A stretch of DNA of 64,000 nt from Thermoplasmata archaeon (GCA_035623855.1 DASPSQ010000009.1:26413-90412), one strand, 5' to 3'; shown: positions 47,687 through 58,183, counted from the stretch's first letter. Numbers and translations: made by a program. Notes: generated by a model from the letters alone, not told the origin.

Positions 47687-49681
47687 ATGGTGCGGCGTCT
47701 CGCCGCCATAATGTTCACCGATATCGCCGGCTATACCGCGACGACCCAGTCCGACGAGGCCGGAGCCCTGAGACTGCTTCGAGAACAAGAACGGCTGCTT
47801 CGGCCCCTCTTGGAAGCTCATCGAGGACGCAAGGTGAAATCGATGGGAGATGGTCTCCTCATCGAGTTCCCGGACGCCTTGGACGCCGTCCAAAGTGCCG
47901 TGGAGCTCCAGCGTCTCACCCGAGAGCGAAATGCCCAGAGAGCCACCGCGCCTCTCCGGTTGCGGGTGGGCATCCATCTGGGTGACGTCCAAGGCCGTGG
48001 GCGAGACATCCTGGGGGACGCGGTGAATATCGCATCTCGCGTGGAACCCTTGGCCGATCCGGGGGGTGTATGCCTCACAGCTCAGGTATTCGTCCAGGTT
48101 CAGAACAAAGTCCCCTACCGGTTCGACAAGCTCGGTCCGAAACAGCTCAAAGGAGTTCGGGAACCGATCGACATCTATCGCATTGTGCTCCCTTGGGCGT
48201 CCGAGCCGTCGACACCCAGTGAGCCCACCCATCCCCGCCTCGCGGTCCTTCCGCTGGCCAATATCAGCCCGGACCCCGGCGACGAGTATTTCGCGGACGG
48301 CCTCACGGAGGAGCTCATCTCGGTCCTATCTCAGGCGCGTGGGCTCCGGGTCATTGCACGGACCTCGGTGATGCCGTACAAAGCGGCCACGAAATCGATC
48401 GCTCAAATCGGGAGTGAGCTCGGTGTCGACAGCGTCTTGGAGGGCAGCGTGCGAAAAGCAGGAAACCAGTTGCGGATCTCGGTTCAGTTGATCGATGTGC
48501 GAACCCAGGAGCATCGGTGGGCGCAGTCCTACGACCGCAAGCTCGAGAACGTCTTCGCGATCCAGGCTGAGGTCGCCGAGAAAACTGCCGAAGCATTGAA
48601 GGTCGAACTCCTACGACCCGAACGGGAAGCCATCCAGGAACGGCCGACTTCGAACCTCGTCGCGTATGAATTCTATCTGCGTGGAATCGAAGAATCTCGA
48701 CGCATCGGTTCGGGCGGATCCCGGACGGAGGAGATCGGCCGACGCGCGTGGAGGTACTTCGAAGAGGCGATTCGGGAGGATCCCGAGTTCTCGGCGGCCC
48801 ACGCCTACCTCGCCAACCACCTCCTCGCGCTCATGGGAGAGGACATTCCTGCTTCCGAGGTGGTCTCGCGTATCCGAGAACTCGTGGCCCGGGCGCTCGA
48901 ACTGAACCCGGACTCCTCGGAAGCGCACACGGCGCGGGGCAACCTCGCCATGCAAGTGGACCACGACTGGGTCCGCGCAGAAGCGGAGTTTCAGCAGGCC
49001 ATCGCCCTCAACCCGAGCAGTTCGCTCGCTCATTTCTGGTATGGAAACCTGCTCCACTTTCTGCAGCGGTTTGGCGAGTGCGAGAAGCAGCACTGCATTG
49101 CGATCGAGCTGGACCCTCTCTGGGTTTTGCCCAGGGAGAACTTGGTCTGGAGCTACGCATTCTCCGGGGACTTGGAGTCCGCGATCGCCAATTGTGAGAA
49201 GGCCGCGCAGACCTTCCGAGACAGCGGCTCCGTTCGAGTCCAACTTGCATGGCTCTATGCGTTCGCTGGCCGAGCGGCCGATGCAATGGCGGTGGTCGAA
49301 CCGATGAAGGACGTCCAGGTCCCCGACGTGTGGTTCAATCCGCTGGGGGTCCTAGCCTTCCTCGGACAACGAGAAGGTGCCCGAACGCTACTCGCAGATT
49401 GGAAAGAACACCGGCTCTCCGGGTACCTCTCGTTGGGGAATGCGGCAGCTTTTTACGCTCTCGTGGGCGAAAGAAGTACCGCGCTCGAATTGTTTGAGCA
49501 GGCGAGTCTCGAGCGTGACGTCACCGTATGGGCCGGCTACCAAGCACCCTGGTTCGACTCCATTCGAGGCGATCCGCGTTTCGTTGCGATCCTCCGGTCG
49601 GCGCAGCTACCGACCTCGATATCCCGACCGTTGATGCCGGGAGTCCCGGACGCGCAGCGCGGTGTGAACGGGCCGGCGTGA
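47687..49681 (+). CDS. Class III adenylate/guanylate cyclase with TolB-like and TPR domains
   Basis: IMFTDIAGYT, VKSMGDG, RVGIHLGDV, DILGDAVNIASR; LAVLPL..YFADGLTEELI; TPR repeats. Confidence 0.88.
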   Translation: MVRRLAAIMFTDIAGYTATTQSDEAGALRLLREQERLLRPLLEAHRGRKVKSMGDGLLIEFPDALDAVQSAVELQRLTRERNAQRATAPLRLRVGIHLGDVQGRGRDILGDAVNIASRVEPLADPGGVCLTAQVFVQVQNKVPYRFDKLGPKQLKGVREPIDIYRIVLPWASEPSTPSEPTHPRLAVLPLANISPDPGDEYFADGLTEELISVLSQARGLRVIARTSVMPYKAATKSIAQIGSELGVDSVLEGSVRKAGNQLRISVQLIDVRTQEHRWAQSYDRKLENVFAIQAEVAEKTAEALKVELLRPEREAIQERPTSNLVAYEFYLRGIEESRRIGSGGSRTEEIGRRAWRYFEEAIREDPEFSAAHAYLANHLLALMGEDIPASEVVSRIRELVARALELNPDSSEAHTARGNLAMQVDHDWVRAEAEFQQAIALNPSSSLAHFWYGNLLHFLQRFGECEKQHCIAIELDPLWVLPRENLVWSYAFSGDLESAIANCEKAAQTFRDSGSVRVQLAWLYAFAGRAADAMAVVEPMKDVQVPDVWFNPLGVLAFLGQREGARTLLADWKEHRLSGYLSLGNAAAFYALVGERSTALELFEQASLERDVTVWAGYQAPWFDSIRGDPRFVAILRSAQLPTSISRPLMPGVPDAQRGVNGPA

Positions 49682-49772
49682 CCAGACCAGACAATCTCAC
49701 CGTGACGAGCCGGGGATGACCACCCTGTCCACCACCGGTTCCCCGACCGCTACTCCGGGGACTCCTCCACCG

Positions 49773-52700
49773 TTACGCAGTGCCTCGCGCCTTTGCTTTG
49801 ACGTCCCGGATTTGACCCTCGAGGCGAAGGACGTCATTGCTCGCTCCCAGGCGCGACGCGATCTCGCGGGCCCGCGTGTGCGTCTCCAACGCCAGCGCGT
49901 ACTTTCCTCGTGCCTCGTGCGCGGAGCCGAGATCCTGCAGCACCCTCAGGTATTCGACCGGCCACCCTACCTTTTCCCATAGTCGGGCCGAGGTCTCCAA
50001 AGCCCTGGCTGCCGAGATCAGATCGCCAGCGTGGGATCGGACTCGACCTTCTGCGTGCTGAGCGTAGGCCCGGATGAGGTCCTCATCCATCGCTTCTGCG
50101 AGGGCCGACAGTTCGCGAGAGCGAGCCTCCGCTTGGGATCGGTCCGACTCGGTCCCCTCCAGTCCGGTGGTGACCAGACCGAGAAGAATCGACGAGTAGA
50201 GTTGTCCGAAGAGGGCAGACTCGCCCACCCGCTGAGCGAGCTCTCGCGCTTGTCGATAGAGTGGAACCGCTTCCTCGCCCTTCCCTTGCGCTTCCCGGAT
50301 CCAAGCCAGTGTTCCGAGGCACAGGAGACGGACGGACCAGTCGGGCGACGTGTCAAGGACTTCGAGGGCCTTCGAGAGATGACTCTCGGCCCCGGCGAGG
50401 TCGCCCCGGATCGCGGCGACGCGACCGAGCACGAACAGGTCCAGCGGTTCCGGGGTCGGGGTGTATCGGGCCATGTACGCGAGCATCTCCTGCGCCAGCT
50501 CCGCGGCCCGGTCCAGCTGCCCTGCGTGGACAAGGACGTATGGGAGGAATCGGGTTCGCAACGTCATTTCGAACGGGACGCTGCGGACCTTCCGCGCGAA
50601 TCCAATCCCTTCGTCGAGCGTTCGAACGGCTTGTTCCCAGTTTCCCTGGATCTGCATATGAGCCACGCTGAGGTTGTGGAGCGCGCCCACGAAGACCTCG
50701 GGGAGGTCGTACCGCTCGCCGATGTCCCGCATTTTCTCGAGGTACTCGAACGTCCGGTTCTTCTCGGCTGGAGGGACCAGGGCGGCCAGGAGCAAGTACA
50801 CCCATCCCTCGACCTCGTGGGCGTTGACCCGCCCCGCAAGCTCCAGTGCCTTCTCGCACATGTCGCGAGCCTGCGAAATTTGGCCGTCGTACCAGTAGAG
50901 GTCCGCGAGGTCGCCGAACAGGCTCGCGAGCTCCGGTCCCTCGGGCTCGGTCTCCAGGATCTCGCGGGCGCGAACGAGTTCGCGCAGTGCCAACTCGTTC
51001 CTTTGAAAGAATTGCCTCTGGAGATATCCAAGGCGGCGGTGGAGGTCCGCCGCCCGCTTGCGATCGGACGCGGTGTCGAAAACCTGGATCGCGGCTTCCC
51101 AGGCCTCAGAGGCCATCTCCGGGTGACCGAGCGCGACCAGCTCTTCCCCCCTCTGCTCTAGAAGATGGGCGCGGAGGGCCGGCGTCGGTTGCGCCGCGAG
51201 CGCGATGTCCAGGGATCGGACCGCGCCTTCGTGGTCGTAGACCGAAGCCGCAAATTCCGCGGCCGTCTGCGCACACCTGAGCGCCTCGGCCAGATCGCCC
51301 CCCAGGCGATAGTGGCGGGCGAGCTCCGAAGCAGCCTCCGGAGCATTGCCGCCCGGAATCCCCTGGAGGACGTGGGCGACCTCGAGATGGTACCGTTGCC
51401 GTCGGATCTTGGACAGTCCCGCGTAGAGGACGTCGCGGATCTGCTCGTCCACAAACTCGTACACCACCTCGCCGGGTGAGGGTTCCCTCTCGCGGAGAAG
51501 ACGGGCCCGGAGGGCGCGCTCCAGCAGGAGGAGAAGACGCTCCGACTCCAGGCCGGAAACCCGCCGGAGCCAGTCGAACCGGAACGTGCTTCCCACGACC
51601 GAGGCGATCGCGAGAACCTCGATGGTCTCGTCCCCGGCTCGTCGCACGCGGCGCAGCACGACGTCGCGCACCGACGCAGGGATTTCGATCTCCGTCGCGG
51701 ATCTCCGTCGCCATCCGTCGGACGTTCGCACCAGATCGCCTTCTTCCACAAGCGAGCGAAGGAGCTCCTCCACGAAGAACGGGTTCCCCCCCGCCTTCTC
51801 GAGGATGGGCTCCGTGACCTCGCGTGGGAGATCGGTGGCCCCGAGGATCGCGCTCGCGAGGCGGGAGCCGTCCTCGGAATCGAACCGCTTCAGGGAGAGG
51901 GAGGTGACCAAGCGGCTGCGGCGCAGCTCCGAGAGGAGCTCGGCGAGGAGATCCCCTTCCGCGAGGTCGGTATCTCGATAGGTGAGAAGGATCGCGATCC
52001 GGTGGCCCTGGAGATGGTGGGCAAGGTACTCCAAGAGACGGAGCGAACCCGGATCCGCCCACTGGAGGTCATCGATCACGATGGCGAGGGGGCCCTCGCG
52101 GGCAACGTTCTGGAAGAACTGGACCATTCCTGCGAAGAGTGTCAGTTGCGAGGGAACCGGTGCGCTCGTAGGGTGAACCGGGACGGTCCCGAGGCGCTGG
52201 GCCAGTTGCGGGACGATCTGCGCGACCTCCACCGAACAGTTGGCGCACACCTTGTAGAGGAGCAGATCCGGGATTTCGCGCACGTACTCGAGGCACGTTT
52301 CGGCCCAGACCGAATACGGGACGTCTCCCACGCCTTGGAATCCTCTCGCGCGCAACACCCGAAACGCAGTGGGGCCAGCTCTTCGGAAGACCTCCTCGGC
52401 CAGCCGGCTCTTGCCGATGCCCGAATCGCCTCCAATCGCGATGACCTGCCCCTCCCCCTGGGTGACCGCGCCCAGCAATCGACGAAGCAGGCCGAGCTCC
52501 GTCGTTCGGTCGGTCCAGGGCGTTACGCGCGCCGCCGGGGGAGCGTGCCACGGAAGGTCGACCTCGTAGACCAGGATCGGGGTGTCGATGTTCTTGAGAA
52601 ACGCGTGCTCAAGGGGCAGGAGCCGATACGGGATCTTGTTCGTGACTTGGTCGGCCACCGGGCCGGTCAGGCAGATGCCCCCGGCTTCCGCGAGAGGTTC

Positions 52701-53066
52701 GATCCTGGAGGCGATATTGACGGCATCCCCGAGCAGGTCTCCTTCTCGATGCAGGACGTCACCGACGTGAATCCCGATCCGCAGTTCGATCGCGGGAGGT
52801 TCGGACCGAGAATTCCGCTGAACGAGCGACTTCTGGATTTCGATGCCGGACTCGGTCGCAGCCAGCGCGCTATCGAACTCCACGAGGAAACCGTCCCCGA
52901 CCGTCTTCACCTCCCGACCCCCGAACCGGGTGAAGATGGGCCGGAGGATGGTCCGGTGTTCCTCGAGCAGAGTCAGCGCGAGTCGCTCTTCCCGCTGAGC
53001 CAGCGCGGACCAGCCGACCATGTCCGTGAACATGATCGCGGCCAATCGTCGTTCGCCGGCAGCCAC
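49773..53066 (-). CDS. Class III cyclase-STAND (AAA_16) ATPase-TPR protein
   Basis: Cyclase FTDMVG, KTVGDG, GDAVNIASR; Walker A GDSGIGKS; Walker B IVIDDLQWAD; GGNPFF; C-terminal TPRs. Confidence 0.88.
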   Translation of the reverse strand: MAAGERRLAAIMFTDMVGWSALAQREERLALTLLEEHRTILRPIFTRFGGREVKTVGDGFLVEFDSALAATESGIEIQKSLVQRNSRSEPPAIELRIGIHVGDVLHREGDLLGDAVNIASRIEPLAEAGGICLTGPVADQVTNKIPYRLLPLEHAFLKNIDTPILVYEVDLPWHAPPAARVTPWTDRTTELGLLRRLLGAVTQGEGQVIAIGGDSGIGKSRLAEEVFRRAGPTAFRVLRARGFQGVGDVPYSVWAETCLEYVREIPDLLLYKVCANCSVEVAQIVPQLAQRLGTVPVHPTSAPVPSQLTLFAGMVQFFQNVAREGPLAIVIDDLQWADPGSLRLLEYLAHHLQGHRIAILLTYRDTDLAEGDLLAELLSELRRSRLVTSLSLKRFDSEDGSRLASAILGATDLPREVTEPILEKAGGNPFFVEELLRSLVEEGDLVRTSDGWRRRSATEIEIPASVRDVVLRRVRRAGDETIEVLAIASVVGSTFRFDWLRRVSGLESERLLLLLERALRARLLREREPSPGEVVYEFVDEQIRDVLYAGLSKIRRQRYHLEVAHVLQGIPGGNAPEAASELARHYRLGGDLAEALRCAQTAAEFAASVYDHEGAVRSLDIALAAQPTPALRAHLLEQRGEELVALGHPEMASEAWEAAIQVFDTASDRKRAADLHRRLGYLQRQFFQRNELALRELVRAREILETEPEGPELASLFGDLADLYWYDGQISQARDMCEKALELAGRVNAHEVEGWVYLLLAALVPPAEKNRTFEYLEKMRDIGERYDLPEVFVGALHNLSVAHMQIQGNWEQAVRTLDEGIGFARKVRSVPFEMTLRTRFLPYVLVHAGQLDRAAELAQEMLAYMARYTPTPEPLDLFVLGRVAAIRGDLAGAESHLSKALEVLDTSPDWSVRLLCLGTLAWIREAQGKGEEAVPLYRQARELAQRVGESALFGQLYSSILLGLVTTGLEGTESDRSQAEARSRELSALAEAMDEDLIRAYAQHAEGRVRSHAGDLISAARALETSARLWEKVGWPVEYLRVLQDLGSAHEARGKYALALETHTRAREIASRLGASNDVLRLEGQIRDVKAKARGTA

Positions 53067-53295
53067 GCGCGGTCATCGAGGTTCCCCAAGTTAACAACTC
53101 CGACGAGGGACTGGCGGGGCCGTCGGCCGAGACTCCTCGGCTCCAGGCGGAATGTCCTCGTGCCGTACACCGGCTCGTCTCCTTCCTTGCCGGCGGGGGA
53201 TGGCCCTCGGGAAAGAGACCACCGTCACCCAAGGGTATCTCCCGAAGGCGGACGTAGAATTGAGTCCGCGTACGCCAGGTTGGTCGTGGATGCCG

Positions 53296-53688
53296 TCAGT
53301 CGGTCTCGAACGTCAAGTCCGGCACGTTCACCGAGCGGTCCGTGATACCGAGGCCGGCCGGGGAGAACCAGCGATAGAGGTCCAGGACGAGGTACCCGCC
53401 TGCGACCAACGGGTCGGTCTGCATGAGTGCTCGGGCGTGGGCGATGGAGTCGGTCCGGAAAATGAGGAATCCGCGCAGCTCTCCGCCTTCCTCGACGGGG
53501 CCGGTCGTGATGACCTCGCCGGATTCTCGAAGGTGGCGTAGATGCGCGAGGTGCCCCTCCTGGAGTGCATCGGCATCCGTCGCAGGCGGTCGCGGAGCCG
53601 GGACGGGCCGACGGAGAACTCCCAAGGTATAGTGGGTCATCGGGGGCAGTCGGTCCATCTCGGATGCCGGCGGGTCACCGGGGGACAT
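53296..53688 (-). CDS. YciI family protein
   Basis: QEGHLAHL, TGPV, GFLIF, TDPLVAGG. Confidence 0.8.
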   Translation of the reverse strand: MSPGDPPASEMDRLPPMTHYTLGVLRRPVPAPRPPATDADALQEGHLAHLRHLRESGEVITTGPVEEGGELRGFLIFRTDSIAHARALMQTDPLVAGGYLVLDLYRWFSPAGLGITDRSVNVPDLTFETD

Positions 53689-53721
53689 GGAGTAGGTCGA
53701 GTCCCGCGAATCGTTCCCGGC

Positions 53722-54246
53722 TCAAAGCTTCCCCTCCGGCTTACCGCCGGCCATTCCCGCCCGTCGCAGCTCATCGAGAGCCGCCCCGACGACTAGATCA
53801 ACGGATCCGGTCGCGTCGAGGGGGATTCCGTAGTCGAACGAGGTCGCCTTTGCGTAAACCTCTGCCGCCGCCTCCGCGCCGTGGGGCGGGGCACGCTGTG
53901 CATCCCGGGCTATGCACACCGCGAGCGAGACTTTGAGCGTGAGGACCACGTGCGGGAACGGGAGGCGCTTCTCGAGGTCCTTCACGGCGGACTTCCAATA
54001 GAAGTTGCCGTCGATCACCACCGGTACGCCCCGTTGAAGGTCCGCCATCGCCTGCTTCGCCGCGATTCCGTTGGCATCGAGAAAACTTCCCTCGGAAATG
54101 CAATCCTCATCCCAGCGCTCGAGACCGTACTTCTCCAGGATCTCGTCGATCGCGATGTGGCTCGCGGCGATTTGGTCCGCGATCCGATCGGAAACGGTGG
54201 TCTTCCCGGCACCGAGCGGCCCGCGGACGATCACGTAGTAGGCCAC
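53722..54246 (-). CDS. P-loop kinase (AAA_33-like)
   Basis: IVRGPLGAGKTT, VVIDGNF, CIARDAQR. Confidence 0.8.
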   Translation of the reverse strand: MAYYVIVRGPLGAGKTTVSDRIADQIAASHIAIDEILEKYGLERWDEDCISEGSFLDANGIAAKQAMADLQRGVPVVIDGNFYWKSAVKDLEKRLPFPHVVLTLKVSLAVCIARDAQRAPPHGAEAAAEVYAKATSFDYGIPLDATGSVDLVVGAALDELRRAGMAGGKPEGKL

Positions 54247-54599
54247 GCAGAATGCCTCCCCGAGCCCGGGTCGCATCGAGATTTAAGCGCGACACCCGTG
54301 AAAAGGATCGTCCGGTCGACCCTGCATGGCCGGGGGGCATGTAGCCAAGGTGAGTTCGGCTTCTTCGGGGGCGGTCGGTCTGGGGAAATCCGAAGGCGCC
54401 GGCCGATCGTGAGCATCGGAGTTCCCGAGTTCACGTCCCGATCGCTGGCTTCCGCTCAAGGAGGTGACGCCTTCAGGTCCCCTACGGAGCGGTACTGCGT
54501 CCTCGGAGAGTTGGATGCGACGGTCGGACCCTGTCGGTGTTTTCTTCCCCGTCGTGAGCGGGTCGGCGAGTTAATCTATCCCGAGCCGTGTTTCGAGTC

Positions 54600-56702
54600 G
54601 TGGCTTCGACTCGGCACCTTGCCGCTGTCATGTTTACGGACGTGGTCGGGTTCACAGCCTCGGCCCAGTCGAACGAAGCGCTCGCGTTGCACCGCCTCCA
54701 GGAGGAGCAAGGGCTGGTTCGAGCTCTCTTCCCACCCTACGGCGGGCGGGAGGTGAAGTCCACCGGCGATGGGTTTCTCGTGGAGTTCGAGAGCGCCCTG
54801 AAGGCCACGGAGTGCGCCATCGAGATCCAGCGGAGCCTGCACGAACGGAACTCCCAGTCCTCGGATTCACCGATCCACCTGCGGATCGGGATCCACGTGG
54901 GGGATGTGGAGGAGATGGGCGGGGACATTCTCGGCGACGCGGTCAACGTTGCGTCGCGGGTCATGCCGCTCGCGGATCCCGGCGGGGTGTGCCTCTCGGA
55001 ACTTGTCTTCGCTCACGTGCGCAACAAGATCGCCCTCCCGCTGGAGAAGATGGGTCCGAGATGGTTGAAGGGGGTTCGGGACCCGGTCGAGGTGTACCGG
55101 GTGGTCCTCCCGTGGTTTGTCCGTCCGAGTCCGACGGAGGGGCCCCTCCCGCCCCGCCTCGCGGTTCTGCCTCTCGCGAGCATCAGCCCGGACCCGAACG
55201 ACGCCTACTTTGCGGACGGTCTCACCGAGGAGCTCACCTCGGTTCTCTCCAAAGTCCGCGGACTCCGGGTCATCGCCCGCACGTCGGTCGGGCGGTACAC
55301 GTCGACCTCCGAGTCGATCCCCCAGATCGGAGAGGAACTCGGGGTCAGCTCGATCCTGGAGGGGAGTGTTCGAAAGGCCGGACGCCGGATTCGAGTGACG
55401 ATGCAGCTCATCGATGTCGCAAGCCAGGAGCACATTTGGTCGGAGAGCTACGATCGAGAGGTGGACGATGTTTTCGCGATTCAGGGGGAGGTCGCGAAGC
55501 GGACCGCGCTAGCACTCCGGGTCGAGCTCCTGAGCTCTGACCGAGACGTCCTCTCGAGGCGGCCCACGTCGAGCGTCGAGGCGTATGACCTCTACCTGCG
55601 AGGGATTCACGCGCTGAGGGCCTCGACGGAGGAGTCCCTCCCCCAACGGGTCACCGAGGCGATGGAATGCTTCGAAGCCGCGATCCAGACCGACCCCAAG
55701 TTCTCTCTCGCGTACTCGTACCTCGCGAACACGTTGGTGGGTGGGGTCGAGGATCGGATCCCACCACGGGAGGCCAATCTCCGGGCCAAGGAGCTCGCCG
55801 ACACGGCGCTCGAGCTGGACCCCGATTCTTCCGACGCGCACACCGCCCGGGGGAATGTCGCACGGTGGCTCGACCTCGACTGGGGGCTCGCCGAGGCGGA
55901 ATTACGGAAGGCGATCGCCCTCAACCCGAGCAACTCGATCGCCCATTTCTGCTACGGTATGCTCCTCCGAACGCTTCAGCGGTACGAGGCGGCGAAGACC
56001 GAACTCCGGTCGGCGATCGACCTCGAGTTCGACGAGTCGCGCGCGGAACTCCGTTCCTCGGTCGAGTTCGATCCGTTGGACTACGGGGCCCCGGCATGGC
56101 TCGCCGAGGTCCATTGCCGGCTGGGGGAGTGCGATTCCGCGATCTCCCTCGCGATCCAGCGGCTGCAGGAGGCGCCGGAGGAACACCGGTACCACGTGGC
56201 ACTAGGCTGGGCGTACGCCGCATCCGGGCGGTGGGAGGACGCGCGGGCGGAAGCATCGCTTTCGGCCGGACCGGCCTCGCGATGGGTCCGACTGTGCCGC
56301 GCGTCGCTTCTAGCCGTCCTCGGGTCGAGCGAGGAAGCCCGACGGCTACGTAGCGAATGGAGCGATGAAGCGAAGTCTACGTACCTGCCGCCCGCGTGGA
56401 GGGCCGGGCTCGACGCGATCCTCGGCGATCCCGACGGCGCCCTCGCCCTCCTCGAGCGCGACGTTCGAGAAGGAGACCGGTTGCTCTCCTCCGTCTATGA
56501 ATGGGAGTTCTACGACCGGATCCGGGGGGACCCGCGGTTCGCGGCTCTGCTGCACCAGATGAACCTCCCCGCGACCGTCGGCTGGAGGAGGGTGGAGGCT
56601 GCGCCTCCGACCTCGGAGCCCGCCCCCGCGTCCCCGTCACTGGGGTCTTCCCGGAACGAGACAATGACACCTACCGACTCGTGGCGGGTGGTCGGACCAT
56701 GA
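54600..56702 (+). CDS. Class III adenylate/guanylate cyclase with TolB-like and TPR domains (paralog of 47687-49681)
   Basis: VMFTDVVGFT, VKSTGDG, DILGDAVNVASR; LAVLPL..YFADGLTEEL; TPRs. Confidence 0.88.
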   Translation: MASTRHLAAVMFTDVVGFTASAQSNEALALHRLQEEQGLVRALFPPYGGREVKSTGDGFLVEFESALKATECAIEIQRSLHERNSQSSDSPIHLRIGIHVGDVEEMGGDILGDAVNVASRVMPLADPGGVCLSELVFAHVRNKIALPLEKMGPRWLKGVRDPVEVYRVVLPWFVRPSPTEGPLPPRLAVLPLASISPDPNDAYFADGLTEELTSVLSKVRGLRVIARTSVGRYTSTSESIPQIGEELGVSSILEGSVRKAGRRIRVTMQLIDVASQEHIWSESYDREVDDVFAIQGEVAKRTALALRVELLSSDRDVLSRRPTSSVEAYDLYLRGIHALRASTEESLPQRVTEAMECFEAAIQTDPKFSLAYSYLANTLVGGVEDRIPPREANLRAKELADTALELDPDSSDAHTARGNVARWLDLDWGLAEAELRKAIALNPSNSIAHFCYGMLLRTLQRYEAAKTELRSAIDLEFDESRAELRSSVEFDPLDYGAPAWLAEVHCRLGECDSAISLAIQRLQEAPEEHRYHVALGWAYAASGRWEDARAEASLSAGPASRWVRLCRASLLAVLGSSEEARRLRSEWSDEAKSTYLPPAWRAGLDAILGDPDGALALLERDVREGDRLLSSVYEWEFYDRIRGDPRFAALLHQMNLPATVGWRRVEAAPPTSEPAPASPSLGSSRNETMTPTDSWRVVGP

Positions 56703-57639
56703 CCGAGAGCTGACCGTCGATCCACTGGGGATAGGTCGCAGACCGAAGACCGAAGGTCCTTCGGACCGCCAGAACCCCGTCGACCTCCAAGATCCGGCGG
56801 ATGATTTTCTCCAGGACGGCGGGTCGGTCGGCGGGAACCAGGCCGGCGAGGGGTGGGCGTTGGACCCCGGGATCGATGCCAAGTCCATCGGGCGCGACCG
56901 GAATCCAGGGGCCGACCGTCCGGCCGACCTCAGCCGCGACCGGGGCCGCCTCCGAGTCTGGGCGGAGCGAGAGGTGGAGGAGCGCCAGCGGCCACTCCTG
57001 AGAATCGGCGTTCGGGCTCCACCAGCAGGACCTGGAATCCAGGAGCAGATCGAACCGGCGCGACACGGTCTTCAGGCTGATGCCGGCGCCCGAGGCCAAG
57101 CGCGCGATCGTCGCGTCGGGATCCCGGCGAAATTCCGCGAGAAGCCTCCAATCCAGCGGGGATGGGATCCGGAGGGACCCGGGAATCCAGTACGGCGTCG
57201 GTCCCCGAGCGGAGCCTGACGGGGCCAATCTCCTCAGAAGCGAAGTCCGTCGGGTGGTCGCCGGGGGAGCGTCCGAGACGTAGTACACCTGAACCTTCCG
57301 ATCTTCTTCGTCGAGGATATCGCGCGCGAAGAGAATGCCGTCAACCAGAGCAAGGTCGTGGAAGACCCGGTCGGACTCCTGGGGGCTTCGGACCGGCACT
57401 TCAAGCATCACCGTCGTGGCTCCGAAGAGCGAAGGATTCAATCCGACCTCGCTACCCAGCAAGAGCCCGTTCTCGCGGAGCCGCCGAAGTCTTGAGCGGA
57501 CCCCGGCCTCACTCAGGCCTACCTTTCCGGCAATCTCACGAGCTGTCACACGCGGGTCGGTCAGCCGCCGGGAGGCCCAGAAACGGGCGAGGCCATCGCG
57601 GGAAAGATGCTGATAGATCGCGTAATCGATGGCGTCCAC
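56671..57639 (-). CDS. Lrp/AsnC-like regulator with two HTH modules
   Basis: REIAGKVGLSEAGVRSRLRRLRENG, and a second module DWRLL...IARLASGAGISLKTVSRR. Confidence 0.75.
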   Translation of the reverse strand: MDAIDYAIYQHLSRDGLARFWASRRLTDPRVTAREIAGKVGLSEAGVRSRLRRLRENGLLLGSEVGLNPSLFGATTVMLEVPVRSPQESDRVFHDLALVDGILFARDILDEEDRKVQVYYVSDAPPATTRRTSLLRRLAPSGSARGPTPYWIPGSLRIPSPLDWRLLAEFRRDPDATIARLASGAGISLKTVSRRFDLLLDSRSCWWSPNADSQEWPLALLHLSLRPDSEAAPVAAEVGRTVGPWIPVAPDGLGIDPGVQRPPLAGLVPADRPAVLEKIIRRILEVDGVLAVRRTFGLRSATYPQWIDGQLSVMVRPPATSR

Positions 57640-57784
57640 GTGACTCGCTCGCTAGACGGAGCCGGCTCGGAAAAGCCTAGGGGTGGCAGCCCCGCGTCGC
57701 GTCGAAGGAAGATCGGCGAGCTCGTCCGTGCAGCCGTACGGGTGGCGGGCGACGATCGACCGAGGGGCACTCCGTTCCCGACGC

Positions 57785-58183
57785 TTACCGGAGTTCTTCG
57801 CGGCAGACCGGGAGCCCGGCCAGAGGGATTCGAGCTGCGTCCGTTCGCGAGGCCGCTCCCAAGGGAGTGAGTCGAGCGGCCGGCACCGCATAGAGGGGCC
57901 TCGCGCGGTCCATCGCTCCGGCGGACGCGCAGGGAACCTCCGCCGTGTCCGAGAGAGCCCGGCCGGTGCGGGCCCGGGCGGTCAGCGCACGGAGCGCGGC
58001 TCGAAGCCGGCTCCAACGATCCCATGAAGGGGCTCGAAGGTCGCTCTCTGCCCCGATTGGGGTACAGGCTGCCGCGTAGATCGAAACCCGCGTGGCCCGG
58101 TCTCGGCTCGGGTAGGTCTGAAGAGAGCGGAGCTCAGCGAGGCGGGCGCTCAGGAGCGCCGCTTCCGGCATCATCCCCGTCAT
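57785..58183 (-). CDS. Hypothetical protein
   Basis: Strong GGAGG-rich SD before the ATG; no recognisable motif. Confidence 0.35.
   Translation of the reverse strand: MTGMMPEAALLSARLAELRSLQTYPSRDRATRVSIYAAACTPIGAESDLRAPSWDRWSRLRAALRALTARARTGRALSDTAEVPCASAGAMDRARPLYAVPAARLTPLGAASRTDAARIPLAGLPVCREELR

Noticed and set aside
49712..49751. GGGGATGACCACCCTGTCC... between the convergent cyclase genes as a decayed repeat
   Set aside because: Similarity is not distinguishable from chance in GC-rich DNA.
54300..54590. tRNA-like or ncRNA element (GGGGGCATGTAGCCAAGG and GC hairpins)
   Set aside because: No cloverleaf or T-loop could be built, and the hairpins are unremarkable at this GC content.
57823..57860. 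GAGGGATTCGAGC...GTTCGCGAGGCCGCTCCC as a distal ninth repeat
   Set aside because: The left arm matches but the right arm is poor, and it lies inside a possible ORF. A profile search is needed; it was not used to extend the array.
32083..58000. Integrase or transposase for the array
   Set aside because: I found no ORF with tyrosine recombinase (R...HxxR...Y), serine recombinase or DDE signatures. A very divergent enzyme cannot be excluded without HMM searches.
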